64,000 bases of DNA from Promethearchaeota archaeon (GCA_048938855.1 JBHLLT010000011.1:1-64000), one strand, 5' to 3'. Shown: positions 1-10,101, numbered from the stretch's first letter. Program-made: numbers and translations. Notes: generated by a model from the sequence alone, not told the origin.

Positions 1-161
1 GCCATTGAGATTTTTGTTAGATTACCAGTAGGTTCAATATCTTTTTCATTTTCTTTAGTAAATCTATAAAGTGTATCTACAATTGTTGTCTTTCCTGATC
101 CCGCCATTCCCCAATATAAGATTTTTATGTATACTTTATGATCTGCTGTGAATCGAACCAT
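1..161 (-). CDS. MglA-like small GTPase, N-terminal part (truncated by window edge)
   Basis: Manual translation: MVRFTADHKVYIKILYWGMAGSGKTTIVDTLY...; KIxYxG-x2-SGKTT P-loop typical of MglA/Arf-like GTPases. Confidence 0.8.
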   Translation of the reverse strand, partial: MVRFTADHKVYIKILYWGMAGSGKTTIVDTLYRFTKENEKDIEPTGNLTKISM

Positions 162-380
162 TAAGAATCTTCTCTTAAATATTAAATTTTTAACTAAGAA
201 AAATCGTTCCTTTGATATATTTCGCGAAGAATTTAAATAACGAAATAATCAATTAATTTTTATTAAAATATATTAATAGGTATTATTATAATTTAGTATT
301 TATAATTCCTATGTGATATTTTAACTTTTTGTTTAAACATTTTATAATGAATAGTAACATCTGTGTTTCTAATACAGTGT

Positions 381-623
381 TCATTCAAATTCTAAATAAG
401 TTTTACCCCTTCTAATCTTATAATTACACCATAGTATGAGTTTACTATAAATATCTCCAATATATCCTTCTCTAATGATTAAATTAATAATATCTGAGTA
501 CATGATATTCCTTCTCCCTTTGATTTTATTCTTAATTGTTTCTATAAGATTCTCTAATATTTTACAGTTACTTACTGAAAGATTTTTTATTTTATCCAGA
601 TTATTAGAAGTTTGATTCATCAA
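381..623 (-). CDS. hypothetical protein
   Basis: 80-aa ORF in the gap between genes; no recognised motif. Confidence 0.5.
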   Translation of the reverse strand: MMNQTSNNLDKIKNLSVSNCKILENLIETIKNKIKGRRNIMYSDIINLIIREGYIGDIYSKLILWCNYKIRRGKTYLEFE

Positions 624-855
624 AATTCAGATTATGCTATTATTAAATTTAAAAATCTAAATTTGTAAATTAGATTAATATAGCTCTAATTTGATCTTTT
701 TAAATTACCACATTTTTACTTTTAATCTTCTCTCTCTTTCTCTAAATAATTTTATTATACTTCATAGAAAAGAGATTCTTACTGGAAGTAATGTATCTTT
801 ACAAAATCAATAAAATATATCCCGCAGATTCAAAGCTTAAAATAATCCCAATAAA

Positions 856-1878
856 GTGATTAAAATTAGTTCATTTGAAAACGATCTTAATGAAACAGAT
901 AAATGTCCTGAATGTAAAGGGAAAGTAATTATAAATAGTTTTGAAAAAATTTGTAAGGACTGTGGATTAGTGATTAATAATTTCTTTAAAGAATCTGCTT
1001 TTGTTTTTAATGAGGTAAAAAATAACAATAGCTTAAACAAACAATATGTAGCCTTGGGTGAAAGAACAGACTTTATAGGAGGGTTAGGCTCGTTCATTGA
1101 TTATGAGAATTCCAAATATTTGAAAGATAAAAATGGAAAGCTTTTACCTCCCTGTGAACAAAAATTATTTCGGAGATTAAAAAAAAATTATGCTCAATTT
1201 TTACGTATTAAAAATCATGAGACAGAATACAGAGTATTTAATATATTAAACAAGATTACATTGTATCTTAATCTTAATAAGAATATACGAAATAACGCTG
1301 CCTATTATTATAAAAAAATCATTAAATCTGAAGAGAAGGTTGTAAATAATATTTCACTTATTGCCTTTTGTATTTTTTTTGCAGCAAGAAGAGAATTCCA
1401 AAATGCCCCTATAACTATTAATGAAATTTCAAGGGCATTTCAAAATTTCGGACACCGAGTAAATCCTAGATTAATTTTAAGAGATGGCATAAGATATAAA
1501 CAATATTTAAACGACGATACAATACCTCATAAAAGTGAAGATTACCTCATAAGGTTAATAGACGAAGTGATAAAACATAATTCTTTAAAAGAGAGGTTAA
1601 TGAAAAAAGAAGTGATGTTGACTGAAGTTGAATTTCAAAATAATTTGATAACGAAATGCCGAGAAATTTTGAAAAAATTACCAATACGCCAAAGAGGAGG
1701 ACGGAACCCTTTTATCTTGACAGGAGCAATAATATATTTAGCGGATAAGTTACTTGCTAAAGATAATAATCAAAAATCAATTCTTACACAAAAAATCATT
1801 TCTGAAGCAACTAAAATAGCAGAATATTCTATACGAGACCACTACGTAAATCTGTTAAAACCTATGTTTATGAATTGA
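856..1878 (+). CDS. divergent transcription factor B (TFIIB) paralog
   Basis: N-terminal Zn ribbon CPEC...CKDCGLV, two cyclin-like repeats, GRNP motif and C-terminal TQKIIS..IAEYSIRDHY resembling the TFB HTH. Confidence 0.8.
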   Translation: MIKISSFENDLNETDKCPECKGKVIINSFEKICKDCGLVINNFFKESAFVFNEVKNNNSLNKQYVALGERTDFIGGLGSFIDYENSKYLKDKNGKLLPPCEQKLFRRLKKNYAQFLRIKNHETEYRVFNILNKITLYLNLNKNIRNNAAYYYKKIIKSEEKVVNNISLIAFCIFFAARREFQNAPITINEISRAFQNFGHRVNPRLILRDGIRYKQYLNDDTIPHKSEDYLIRLIDEVIKHNSLKERLMKKEVMLTEVEFQNNLITKCREILKKLPIRQRGGRNPFILTGAIIYLADKLLAKDNNQKSILTQKIISEATKIAEYSIRDHYVNLLKPMFMN

Positions 1879-2047
1879 TTTACTTTCTAAATTCTATAAT
1901 AGATTGTAAATTCAATTATATTTCTTTTCAGATTGTTTCATTAATATTAAATTGACATAAATAAAGGATTTGAATGTATTAAATTTTTTATACGATATAA
2001 TTTTAATAATATTAGCTTATTTAGATAAAATAAATTACACTCTTTCT

Positions 2048-2159
2048 GCTTCTGTAGTGTAGTACGGTCAATCTATTATAGTTTTCATTATACTATGATG
2101 AGGATTAGGCATACGAGGCTCTCACCCTCGGGACCCGGGTTCGAATCCCGGCAGAAGCA
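2048..2159 (+). tRNA. tRNA-Glu(CUC) with a 37-nt intron (2072-2108) at position 21/22
   Basis: Acceptor stem GCTTCTG/CAGAAGC, anticodon arm CGAGG-CT CTC AC-CCTCG, T arm CCGGG TTCGAAT CCCGG; removing 2072-2108 restores the D arm GTGT...GCAT; BHB-like junctions. Confidence 0.93.
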
Positions 2160-2228
2160 TTAATTTTATTAGGATTATAATTAATTTTGAGTATAATGTA
2201 TAATAATAATTGAATTCAAAGGAAATAT

Positions 2229-2612
2229 CTAAATCTTATTTTCTTTCCCGAATGATAATTTATTAAGAATGTCAAGACAATTTGATAGTATTTTTGTAAA
2301 ATCTTCAATATTATGTAATTGAGTTTCATTTCTCAATTTTTTTATTACTATCTCAATTTTCTCGAGTATAACTTCCTCTAATGAAGAGAATATATCAATT
2401 TTTCTGTTATGAAGGTCTTTTCCTTGCCCTTCTTGATATTTTCCTCTTTGATAATGCTCCTTTTCTGTAACAGAGCTATCTTTAACAATTAAAACATTTC
2501 TGTTACATGTTGGACAAAAGGTATCTCCAACTTTATTTCTAAAAATTGGATTATTACAAACTGGACAAGCCATATTTAGCATTGTATTTCCAGATCTTAG
2601 AAGATCTGCCAT
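2229..2612 (-). CDS. UPF0148 / Sjogren autoantigen 1 (p27) family Zn-ribbon protein
   Basis: MADLLRSGNTML..CPVC..PIF...FCPTC pattern. Confidence 0.85.
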   Translation of the reverse strand: MADLLRSGNTMLNMACPVCNNPIFRNKVGDTFCPTCNRNVLIVKDSSVTEKEHYQRGKYQEGQGKDLHNRKIDIFSSLEEVILEKIEIVIKKLRNETQLHNIEDFTKILSNCLDILNKLSFGKENKI

Positions 2613-2701
2613 TTTTTTTATGTTATCGTTTATTTTAATCCCTATTTTTTAATTTTTGATCCATTTTATGTTTTAGAAAGAGATCCTATATCTTATTTAA
2701 T

Positions 2702-2896
2702 TTATTCTTTTTCTCGTATTTTTAATAAATTTACTATATACCCTGAGATTCTATTCCTTAGATGTTTTGAATCTATTTCAAGATATTTATCCAATAATCT
2801 CTTATTTATTTCAAAATCTGTAGTAAACACATTTGGATATTTAGATATTAATTCTTTCGAGACATTTTTGATTACAACAGTTCTTACTTTACCCAT
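2702..2896 (-). CDS. rps17e: 30S ribosomal protein S17e
   Basis: MGKVRT..IK...FTTDFE.NK...SKHLRNRISGY. Confidence 0.97.
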   Translation of the reverse strand: MGKVRTVVIKNVSKELISKYPNVFTTDFEINKRLLDKYLEIDSKHLRNRISGYIVNLLKIREKE

Positions 2897-3003
2897 CTCA
2901 ATTACATCTATTAATCTTTTCTTATTTTGAAATTAAATATTTGGTAAAATAAATTTTTTTGGAATTATTTGAGTTTTTATAGATTGAGCTAGAGAAATAT
3001 GGT

Positions 3004-4227
3004 GTGAAGAAAAAATATGCAATTATACTTCCAATTTTACTAATGGTAGAAGTATTTTGTGTTATCAATTGTGTAAATGCTTTTAGTTATAGTTTAATCC
3101 TTTTTAATACAGATCAAACTGAATATTATATTGATGATTCAATCAGAATTAGTGCTTCTTGGGATTTAAACTACAATGATAATATTGAAATTGCTTATAT
3201 TCAAATTCATATAGTTGATCAGTTTGATAAATTTGTATGGAATTCATCACAATATGATCAAATTGGCACTCATGAGAAGAATTGGACAGTTAATATTGAA
3301 GATTTTAATTTAAATGTTGAAAATTCTACCTTCGATCTGAACATAAAGTTTTACATATTTTATTTTCACATAGATACCGCAAGTACTATGAGTACTTATC
3401 TTGATAGTATAAATATTGAGGTGATAAAAAGAAAAATCTCATGTGAATTAGTTGGGTATAAAGATCGGATAAATCTAGGGGAAGACCTATCTTTCGAAGC
3501 TCACTTTTATGATGCAATTAATAATAGTACTCAATTTTTCACTAATCAAACAATCCAATTTATGATTTCTTTTAATGATTTAATTATCCACCAATATAAT
3601 TACACTACAAATCTATCAGGTGCAATTAAGATTCAATTGTCTTCACTCATGCATTTAAAACTTGGGCTTAATTATTTAATATTTTCAATATCAAACAACA
3701 AGTTATATAACGATTCCAGAATTGTATATGATTTACATGTTGAAAAAAATGATCCAATTATAGATGTTCTTAATTTTACTAATAATTTAGGCAAAGGTGA
3801 AGATTTAGATTTAAAACTGCATTGCTATTACTACTTTAATCATTCTTATTCACCATTATCGAATTATAAATTATTAGTTGCGATTTTTAATAATAATTCA
3901 TTAGCTTTTATTAGTGAATACGAAACTGATAATTCTGGAGTATTAGTAATTTCAATTCCTCAAAGCTCTTTCAGTTTCGATCAAATTTCTCAAAGTTTTA
4001 AGATTAGAGTTTCTTTAAATGAGACTCAATATGTAGATAATAAAACTATTTCTCTTGATCTTTCTTTAGATCAAAATAAGTACCAAGAAATACTTAATTC
4101 AATTCAAATTAAAATTTTCTCCTTTACCTCAGTTCTAATAATAATCTTAATATTTCTCTCTTATATTATTCTTAATAAAAAAGGTAAAAATGAGAAAATA
4201 CTCACAGAATTGATTGTTAGATATTAA
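3004..4227 (+). CDS. secreted, C-terminally membrane-anchored surface protein
   Basis: N-terminal signal peptide, beta-rich body with N-x-S/T sites, C-terminal TM helix followed by a basic tail. Confidence 0.7.
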   Translation: MKKKYAIILPILLMVEVFCVINCVNAFSYSLILFNTDQTEYYIDDSIRISASWDLNYNDNIEIAYIQIHIVDQFDKFVWNSSQYDQIGTHEKNWTVNIEDFNLNVENSTFDLNIKFYIFYFHIDTASTMSTYLDSINIEVIKRKISCELVGYKDRINLGEDLSFEAHFYDAINNSTQFFTNQTIQFMISFNDLIIHQYNYTTNLSGAIKIQLSSLMHLKLGLNYLIFSISNNKLYNDSRIVYDLHVEKNDPIIDVLNFTNNLGKGEDLDLKLHCYYYFNHSYSPLSNYKLLVAIFNNNSLAFISEYETDNSGVLVISIPQSSFSFDQISQSFKIRVSLNETQYVDNKTISLDLSLDQNKYQEILNSIQIKIFSFTSVLIIILIFLSYIILNKKGKNEKILTELIVRY

Positions 4228-4484
4228 TCCTAAGATATAAGTTAAGTAATAGTTCAAGATTTGATTTAATTTACAATTTTAAATTACGTTTTATCTTAAA
4301 CATGTTCAAATCGAAAATTTTTCATTTAATTCTTAATTCCAAATCAAAATCGTGTCAAATGGATTTTTTTCAGAATATTTGAGGGTATCTTTTTTGTAAA
4401 ATATAGAATTTAATGATAAAAAATTATTACTCTGTACTTTCTTATAAATGAATGTTTTCTTTAATCAACATAAAATCCCATTAA

Positions 4485-5699
4485 ATGAATTATACACGTA
4501 TGGAATACTTTGAAGAATTGTTAAAGAGAGAATCATTGTTCAAGGACGAAGCTAAACTTGATATAAATTACATTCCAAGTAATTTACCACATAGAGATAA
4601 AGAACTCTCAATATTATCTCAGCTTTTTCTAGGTTTAATAACTTATCCAAACTCAATATCCAGAAGAATCCTAATAACCGGAAAAACAGGAATAGGAAAA
4701 ACTGTAACTGTAAAGTTATTTGGAAACATAATAGAAAATGTATCAAAAAAACGAGGTATAAACATAAAATATGCTCATGTGAATTGCAGAAAAGAAAGAA
4801 CTAGCTATAAAGTCTTAATCCGGTTAATTCAATTACTAAATCACAGATTTCCTAAAAGGGGTTATTCATCACAAGATTTATTAGATATCTTAATTGAATT
4901 TCTTAATCGTTATAATATACATGTATTAGTTGTTCTAGACGAATTAAGTTATTTGATAAATAAACATGAAGATTTAATTTATTCATTAACAAGAATTAAT
5001 GATGATAACTTTAAAGGCGAACAAAGGCTTTCAATTATCGGAATTGTAAGAGAACTCTCGTGTTTAAACAATTTAGATAATAGTACAATGAGTACACTTC
5101 AAAGAAATATACTAAAATTTAAAAATTACACTGAAAGTCAAATTTTTGACGTTTTAAAATATCGCTCAGACAATAGTCTTAAAAAAAATGTATTATCTGA
5201 TAAAATGATAAAAATGATATCTGAAATTACTGCTAGTTCCGGTGATATAAGACATGGTTTGAATATTATATGGCGTTCATGTAAAATTGCTGAAAGCAAA
5301 AATTTAAAATATGTCAATGCTGAATGTGTCAGATTAGGAAACCAAGATTTACTGCCCTATTCTACATTAGACGTTTTGGAATATATGAATTCACAAAAAC
5401 TATCATTCTTACTAGCAATTATAAAAGCTTTAAATAATCATGATAATTTTAGGGTATCTTTTAATGAAGCTCTGAAAAGATATTATATGATTTGCGAAAA
5501 TCTTGGAATTAAACCTAGATCAAATTCTCAACTCTGGAATTATTTACAAGAGTTTAAGAGAGAAAACCTTCTAACAACTAATATTATAAGTGAAAAAATA
5601 AAAGGTAGACGGGCAATAATTGCAATTCCTGATTTGAGTTTACCCAATTTAGAAAAAAATGCAACAGAAATACTTAATTCCAAAGGACTTAAATTATGA
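4485..5699 (+). CDS. cdc6: Orc1/Cdc6 replication initiator
   Basis: YIPSNLPHRDKE, Walker A GKTGIGKT, VNCR, Walker B VLDE, GDIR sensor, C-terminal winged helix. Confidence 0.95.
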   Translation: MNYTRMEYFEELLKRESLFKDEAKLDINYIPSNLPHRDKELSILSQLFLGLITYPNSISRRILITGKTGIGKTVTVKLFGNIIENVSKKRGINIKYAHVNCRKERTSYKVLIRLIQLLNHRFPKRGYSSQDLLDILIEFLNRYNIHVLVVLDELSYLINKHEDLIYSLTRINDDNFKGEQRLSIIGIVRELSCLNNLDNSTMSTLQRNILKFKNYTESQIFDVLKYRSDNSLKKNVLSDKMIKMISEITASSGDIRHGLNIIWRSCKIAESKNLKYVNAECVRLGNQDLLPYSTLDVLEYMNSQKLSFLLAIIKALNNHDNFRVSFNEALKRYYMICENLGIKPRSNSQLWNYLQEFKRENLLTTNIISEKIKGRRAIIAIPDLSLPNLEKNATEILNSKGLKL

Positions 5700-5989
5700 T
5701 AGATAATCCACTGGAAAAGAAAGATTTAATTGAAGATTTATTAGGGTCAAGGGCTAGAATTAAAATTTTAAAATCGTTAGCTAAAAACGATGAACTTACA
5801 ATTTCATTAATAATAAAAAAGACTAAATTAAATTATAATTGCGTTTTAAAACACCTGAACTTCCTAAAATTACAGAACTTAATTCAAGAAAAAAAATTTG
5901 GTAGAATAAAAGTCTTTAGGTACAAATCTGAAAATACGAAAGCGAGGAGTTTAAAAAATTTTATTGAAATTTGGGAAGGGGATTATTAG
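5696..5989 (+). CDS. winged helix-turn-helix protein (ArsR-like)
   Basis: LLGSRARIKIL...HLNFL...KKFGRIKVF; overlaps the cdc6 stop. Confidence 0.8.
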   Translation: MIDNPLEKKDLIEDLLGSRARIKILKSLAKNDELTISLIIKKTKLNYNCVLKHLNFLKLQNLIQEKKFGRIKVFRYKSENTKARSLKNFIEIWEGDY

Positions 5990-5992
5990 TAA

Positions 5993-6666
5993 ATGGCCCG
6001 TATCAATTTTATTCTTATAGTATTATATGATATTATTGTGTTTTTTATAGTGTTATACTATGATTTAAAATATCGCGTAATTTCAAATAAAATATTTAAT
6101 TATGCTTTCTGCTTTGCTAGTATTCTAATTATAATGGAATCTCTTAGAAATACTAATTATTTATTAATACTTATTTTAGGAAGATTTTTTTTTTTTTAAT
6201 TGCCTTTCTTCTTTCATTTCTCTTATATACATTAAGAATAATAGGTGGAAGCGATGGAAAACTAATAATTTTAATATTCTTGGTCCATCCATTACAATTT
6301 CTAAACCTATTTTTTGTTATGTCATTTTTTTTATGGTTTTCAATTGCTATCATTTTGATATTCGTTCAGAATTTTATCTTAAATTCTTTTTATAAAAATA
6401 ATTGTTCCTTCTCTATTTTCCTTACCATCAATTCAAAATATTCAGGTTTTAAGAAAATTTATATCAAAAGTGCTTATAAATTCTTAAATTATACAAATTT
6501 AAGTGAACATAAAGAGGAGAAGCTTCGCTTAAAATCAAACTTATTAATATTTAATATAAAAAGAAGTAAATTTCAGATATTAGTTCAATATCGCCCTCCA
6601 CTTATCTTATTAGTTGTCTTAACATACTTAATTGCTTGGGTTGTTAAGCTTGCAATTAACTATTAA
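5993..6666 (+). pseudogene. A24-family prepilin peptidase interrupted by a frameshift in T13 (6185-6197)
   Basis: First frame carries YDLKYRVISN (Asp motif 1); after a -1 shift the frame reads LIAFLLSFLLYTLRIIGGSDGKL (GGxDxK motif 2) and joins ORF 6280..6666. Confidence 0.8.
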
Positions 6667-6744
6667 AGATCCAATTAATTTTAAATTTAAGAATTTTTAT
6701 TAAATTAATGAATTTTAATAATTTTTAACCGGAAAAAATAAAAA

Positions 6745-7137
6745 ATGGAGATTGAAAAAACACGAGAAACTTCGTGGAAAATTCAGTTAAAGAATAAGAA
6801 TGATAGTATTGAAATAACTTCTGTTGAAATTAGTGGTGAAGTTCGATTAATTAAATTGGCACTTTTAAATGGTGATAAGATTGTTAAAGTTAAAATGAAT
6901 AAAGAAGAATTTTTTAATTTTCTATCATTAATGTCTGCCTTTAAGGATGTAGTTATTGGCGAAGAATCTCTTACAATTGAGGAAGAGTTAAAACCAATTG
7001 ACGAGCAACCAGGAGAAATTCCAGAAAAACTCCCAGAATTAGATAATAATTTATACCAATTACACACGGATACTATTGAAGAAGATTTAGATAATGAGGA
7101 TGAAGAATTAAATCCCGAGGAATGGGATCCTTGGTAA
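6745..7137 (+). CDS. hypothetical protein with acidic C-terminal tail
   Basis: 130-aa ORF; beta-rich N terminus, then a helix and a D/E-rich tail ending EEWDPW. Confidence 0.7.
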   Translation: MEIEKTRETSWKIQLKNKNDSIEITSVEISGEVRLIKLALLNGDKIVKVKMNKEEFFNFLSLMSAFKDVVIGEESLTIEEELKPIDEQPGEIPEKLPELDNNLYQLHTDTIEEDLDNEDEELNPEEWDPW

Positions 7138-7147
7138 AAAATCTTAT

Positions 7148-7636
7148 TTATCTAATTTTTTCAATTTTATATTCACAGAAATCTAAATTTAGATCTTCTA
7201 GGCAACATTGAGTTTCTGTAATGTTTACTCTATAAAGTGCAAATTCCCCTATTCCTGTTAATAATCCAGTTATAAAATAGCAAAAATATTTTGATTTATT
7301 TTCTAATTGTGAAGAGATATTATGAAAGAGATTTAAAATAATTACATCTTTAGAAATTTGTTTTGGTACAAAACGCCCCCACCCATGGTTACTTAATACA
7401 TTACAACATTGATTTATTAAATCTTCTAAAGTTTTAGGCTTTAAATTCTCATCCCAATTTTGTATTAAATTCCATCCTGCTTTTTTACCGAGCCATACTA
7501 ATAATGATTTTACACCTTCTCCATAAATAGATGATAAAATATCTATAATTTGTGGAGGAAAAAATACAAATCGATCATTATAGAGGTTATACTTACCTTT
7601 ATTATATTTGAGTCCTTTTAATTTTAAATTTCTCAT
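7148..7636 (-). CDS. V4R-domain protein
   Basis: LGKKAG...GWG...CYFITGLLTG...ETQC...CEY, the V4R signature. Confidence 0.85.
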   Translation of the reverse strand: MRNLKLKGLKYNKGKYNLYNDRFVFFPPQIIDILSSIYGEGVKSLLVWLGKKAGWNLIQNWDENLKPKTLEDLINQCCNVLSNHGWGRFVPKQISKDVIILNLFHNISSQLENKSKYFCYFITGLLTGIGEFALYRVNITETQCCLEDLNLDFCEYKIEKIR

Positions 7637-7805
7637 AATTATTATCAGCTTTTTTTCTTATATAATATTTTCTAGCATTAGTATCTGTTATAAAATCTCA
7701 ATTGTCTGAATTATTCTATATAATGAAGCAATACTGAGTAATTATGTTTGTGAAAAACAATAATACAAGTCCTTTAAATAATTTCTGGAGCATATTATTT
7801 AAGAA

Positions 7806-8105
7806 ATGTTAGAATTTAATATCTTATTATTTGAAATCTTATTAATTTTGAGTATTAGTATTTTTATTTTCATATATTCGGCACTTTCTGCTGATTTGAT
7901 TACATCTTTCATTTCTTTTTTAATATTTCTAATTTTATTGATTCCGTTTTATTTATTATTAGAAAGATTAGAGTTAATAATATATATGAATAATTTAGAA
8001 CATCTTAGTTTTTTCAAATTAATTTTTTCTTATTCAACACTAATAAATGTTTTTATTGGATTATTTTTAGTAGTAGAGTCTATTTATCTTAGTGGTTTTT
8101 CTTAA
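7806..8105 (+). CDS. small membrane protein
   Basis: Three hydrophobic segments. Confidence 0.6.
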   Translation: MLEFNILLFEILLILSISIFIFIYSALSADLITSFISFLIFLILLIPFYLLLERLELIIYMNNLEHLSFFKLIFSYSTLINVFIGLFLVVESIYLSGFS

Positions 8106-8121
8106 CGATACATAATTAGAT

Positions 8122-9648
8122 TTAGATAAAGTTTAAAACATTAATGAAAGATGATAAAAAAGTTAATATAAAAATTAGGTTTGAAATTATAATTACTAGA
8201 AATTTCTTCGAATATTTAATTACTTCTAAGAAATAATTTGACGTAATTGATATACTAAAAGTAAAAACAATAAAAATCAAGATTGTGGAATAAAAATTTA
8301 TCAAATTGCTATTGCCAATTAGATTTAATGGAGAAATTAAATTAATATCTTTTGTGATTAAATTGAAAAAAGGAAATATCCCTGATATTGCTCCAATTAA
8401 TATTGGTAATAGAAAAATAAAAAAAAATATTTTAAATTTCTCTCCTTTAAGAATAATTTCTAGCTTATTTTCCAGTTTTTGATGAGTACTTAAAATATGT
8501 AATACATCGAATATTTTTTCTGTAGAATAGTATGGGTTCTCTGATACAAATTTTTCGATAAGATCCAATATTACTGAATATCTTATTGAGTTTAACTCAA
8601 TTTTAAAAAATTGAATCATATCAGAAAAAGAACAGTTGAAATTTAAAAGTCGAGTTAATTGATTTCTAAAAGTTCTATCTAAAACGAGGAATAAATTTTT
8701 GTTTTGTGAATAAGATTTTAGAAAAGCCTTTTCAGGAGAAATATTGTTTTTTAAATTTACAGCAAAACTCCTTAAAAATAATAAAAATTCATTAAATTTT
8801 TTTTTTTCCAAACCGGAGTAACTATTTAAGACACCAATCATGTATGAATTCTTTCTTATAAATTTACGGCATAAAAAATTTAAAATGAATAAGAATAAGG
8901 GTATAAGGACTAATAAGGAGAAGATATTAATTAATTGAAATAAAATCAAAAAACAAAGACCGATAGGGAAAAAAACTCCTATGAAAAATATAATACTAAT
9001 TTTTGTTTGAATTTCTTTTAAATAAATTTTAAAGTTTTTTTCTAATTTAGTTTCTGTAAGCTTATTATGTGAATAAATCTCATCAAAATCATTGATTAAC
9101 AAACCTTTTAAATATAAATTGAAATCTCTCGATGGTGTTAATACTTTCATCAATTCTTCTTCAGGAATTTCACCTTCATGAATATCAACCAAAATTTTAT
9201 TAAAATGATTCAAGATTGGGAGGTTGTATTCTTTAATTAGCATTATGAAACTTAAATACAAATCAGAACTAGGTTTTAATGTTTTTTTAATTAAAGAACA
9301 ATCTATTTTAATTAAATATAGTATGGCATTAATTTCCAGTTCTTTTTTATTAATATCTTGAAATATGATTAGATTGAATTTATAAGAAATGATAAAAGAG
9401 AAAATGGCTGAATATAAAAATATTATTAGAATATTTAAATTTATAATCAATATTGACAGAAACGAGGAAATTGTGAATGATATTAAGTAAATTACGAAAC
9501 TAGCTCTATTAATATCATCTTTATCAACTTTATATAAATTTTTATATAATTGATCGTATCTTTCATTCAAATCCTTGAACTTTAGTTTGAGCAAATGAGA
9601 ATTATGGAATTTTTTGCAAAAACTGATATAAGTTTTAAGATTTCTCAT
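8122..9648 (-). CDS. TadB/TadC-like (T2SS F family) pilus platform membrane protein
   Basis: Two repeats of soluble domain plus TM pairs (FLRSFAVNLKNNISPEKAF); co-oriented downstream of a secretion ATPase. Confidence 0.7.
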   Translation of the reverse strand: MRNLKTYISFCKKFHNSHLLKLKFKDLNERYDQLYKNLYKVDKDDINRASFVIYLISFTISSFLSILIINLNILIIFLYSAIFSFIISYKFNLIIFQDINKKELEINAILYLIKIDCSLIKKTLKPSSDLYLSFIMLIKEYNLPILNHFNKILVDIHEGEIPEEELMKVLTPSRDFNLYLKGLLINDFDEIYSHNKLTETKLEKNFKIYLKEIQTKISIIFFIGVFFPIGLCFLILFQLINIFSLLVLIPLFLFILNFLCRKFIRKNSYMIGVLNSYSGLEKKKFNEFLLFLRSFAVNLKNNISPEKAFLKSYSQNKNLFLVLDRTFRNQLTRLLNFNCSFSDMIQFFKIELNSIRYSVILDLIEKFVSENPYYSTEKIFDVLHILSTHQKLENKLEIILKGEKFKIFFFIFLLPILIGAISGIFPFFNLITKDINLISPLNLIGNSNLINFYSTILIFIVFTFSISITSNYFLEVIKYSKKFLVIIISNLIFILTFLSSFINVLNFI

Positions 9649-9662
9649 AAAATTTTTACTTC

Positions 9663-10085
9663 TTAATATAAATTATTAAAATTAACATTAATTAAAGTAA
9701 ACCTATAGGAGATATTCAAGAGATATGTCTCAGGAGTTATCTGTTGAAAATTTTGATTAATAAAACTCTCATTATACTCCTTTATTTTGATACAGAGTTG
9801 ATCTTCAATAAAAAATTCAAATTTAGCAATAGTAGTGTAAAAAGAAGCGTTTAAATTAATTGGATAATCAACAGTCTTTAAATAAATTTTATTTGGATTT
9901 TCAATTACGTAATTGATTCCTTGATCAATTTCATTAATAAAATACAAATATGATTCTAAATCATTTCTTCCATTTTGATTAAATTCTGCTAATGTTCCTA
10001 AAAAGGGAACAATAATAGAAGAAAAAATAGTTAGTGTGAAAATCCCAAACCCTAACAACAAGGATTTTTCAATAAGGTTAGTCAT
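9663..10085 (-). CDS. pilin/pseudopilin-like protein
   Basis: N terminus TNLIE followed by a hydrophobic helix; lies between the ATPase and platform genes. Confidence 0.55.
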   Translation of the reverse strand: MTNLIEKSLLLGFGIFTLTIFSSIIVPFLGTLAEFNQNGRNDLESYLYFINEIDQGINYVIENPNKIYLKTVDYPINLNASFYTTIAKFEFFIEDQLCIKIKEYNESFINQNFQQITPETYLLNISYRFTLINVNFNNLY

Positions 10086-10101
10086 ATTATTGAATATTGA
10101 T

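Noticed and set aside
4228-4484. Replication origin (ORB repeats) upstream of the first cdc6
   Set aside because: Only weak partial matches (TTCCAAATCAAAAT; TTCAGAATATTTGAGGGT); no convincing repeated ORB.
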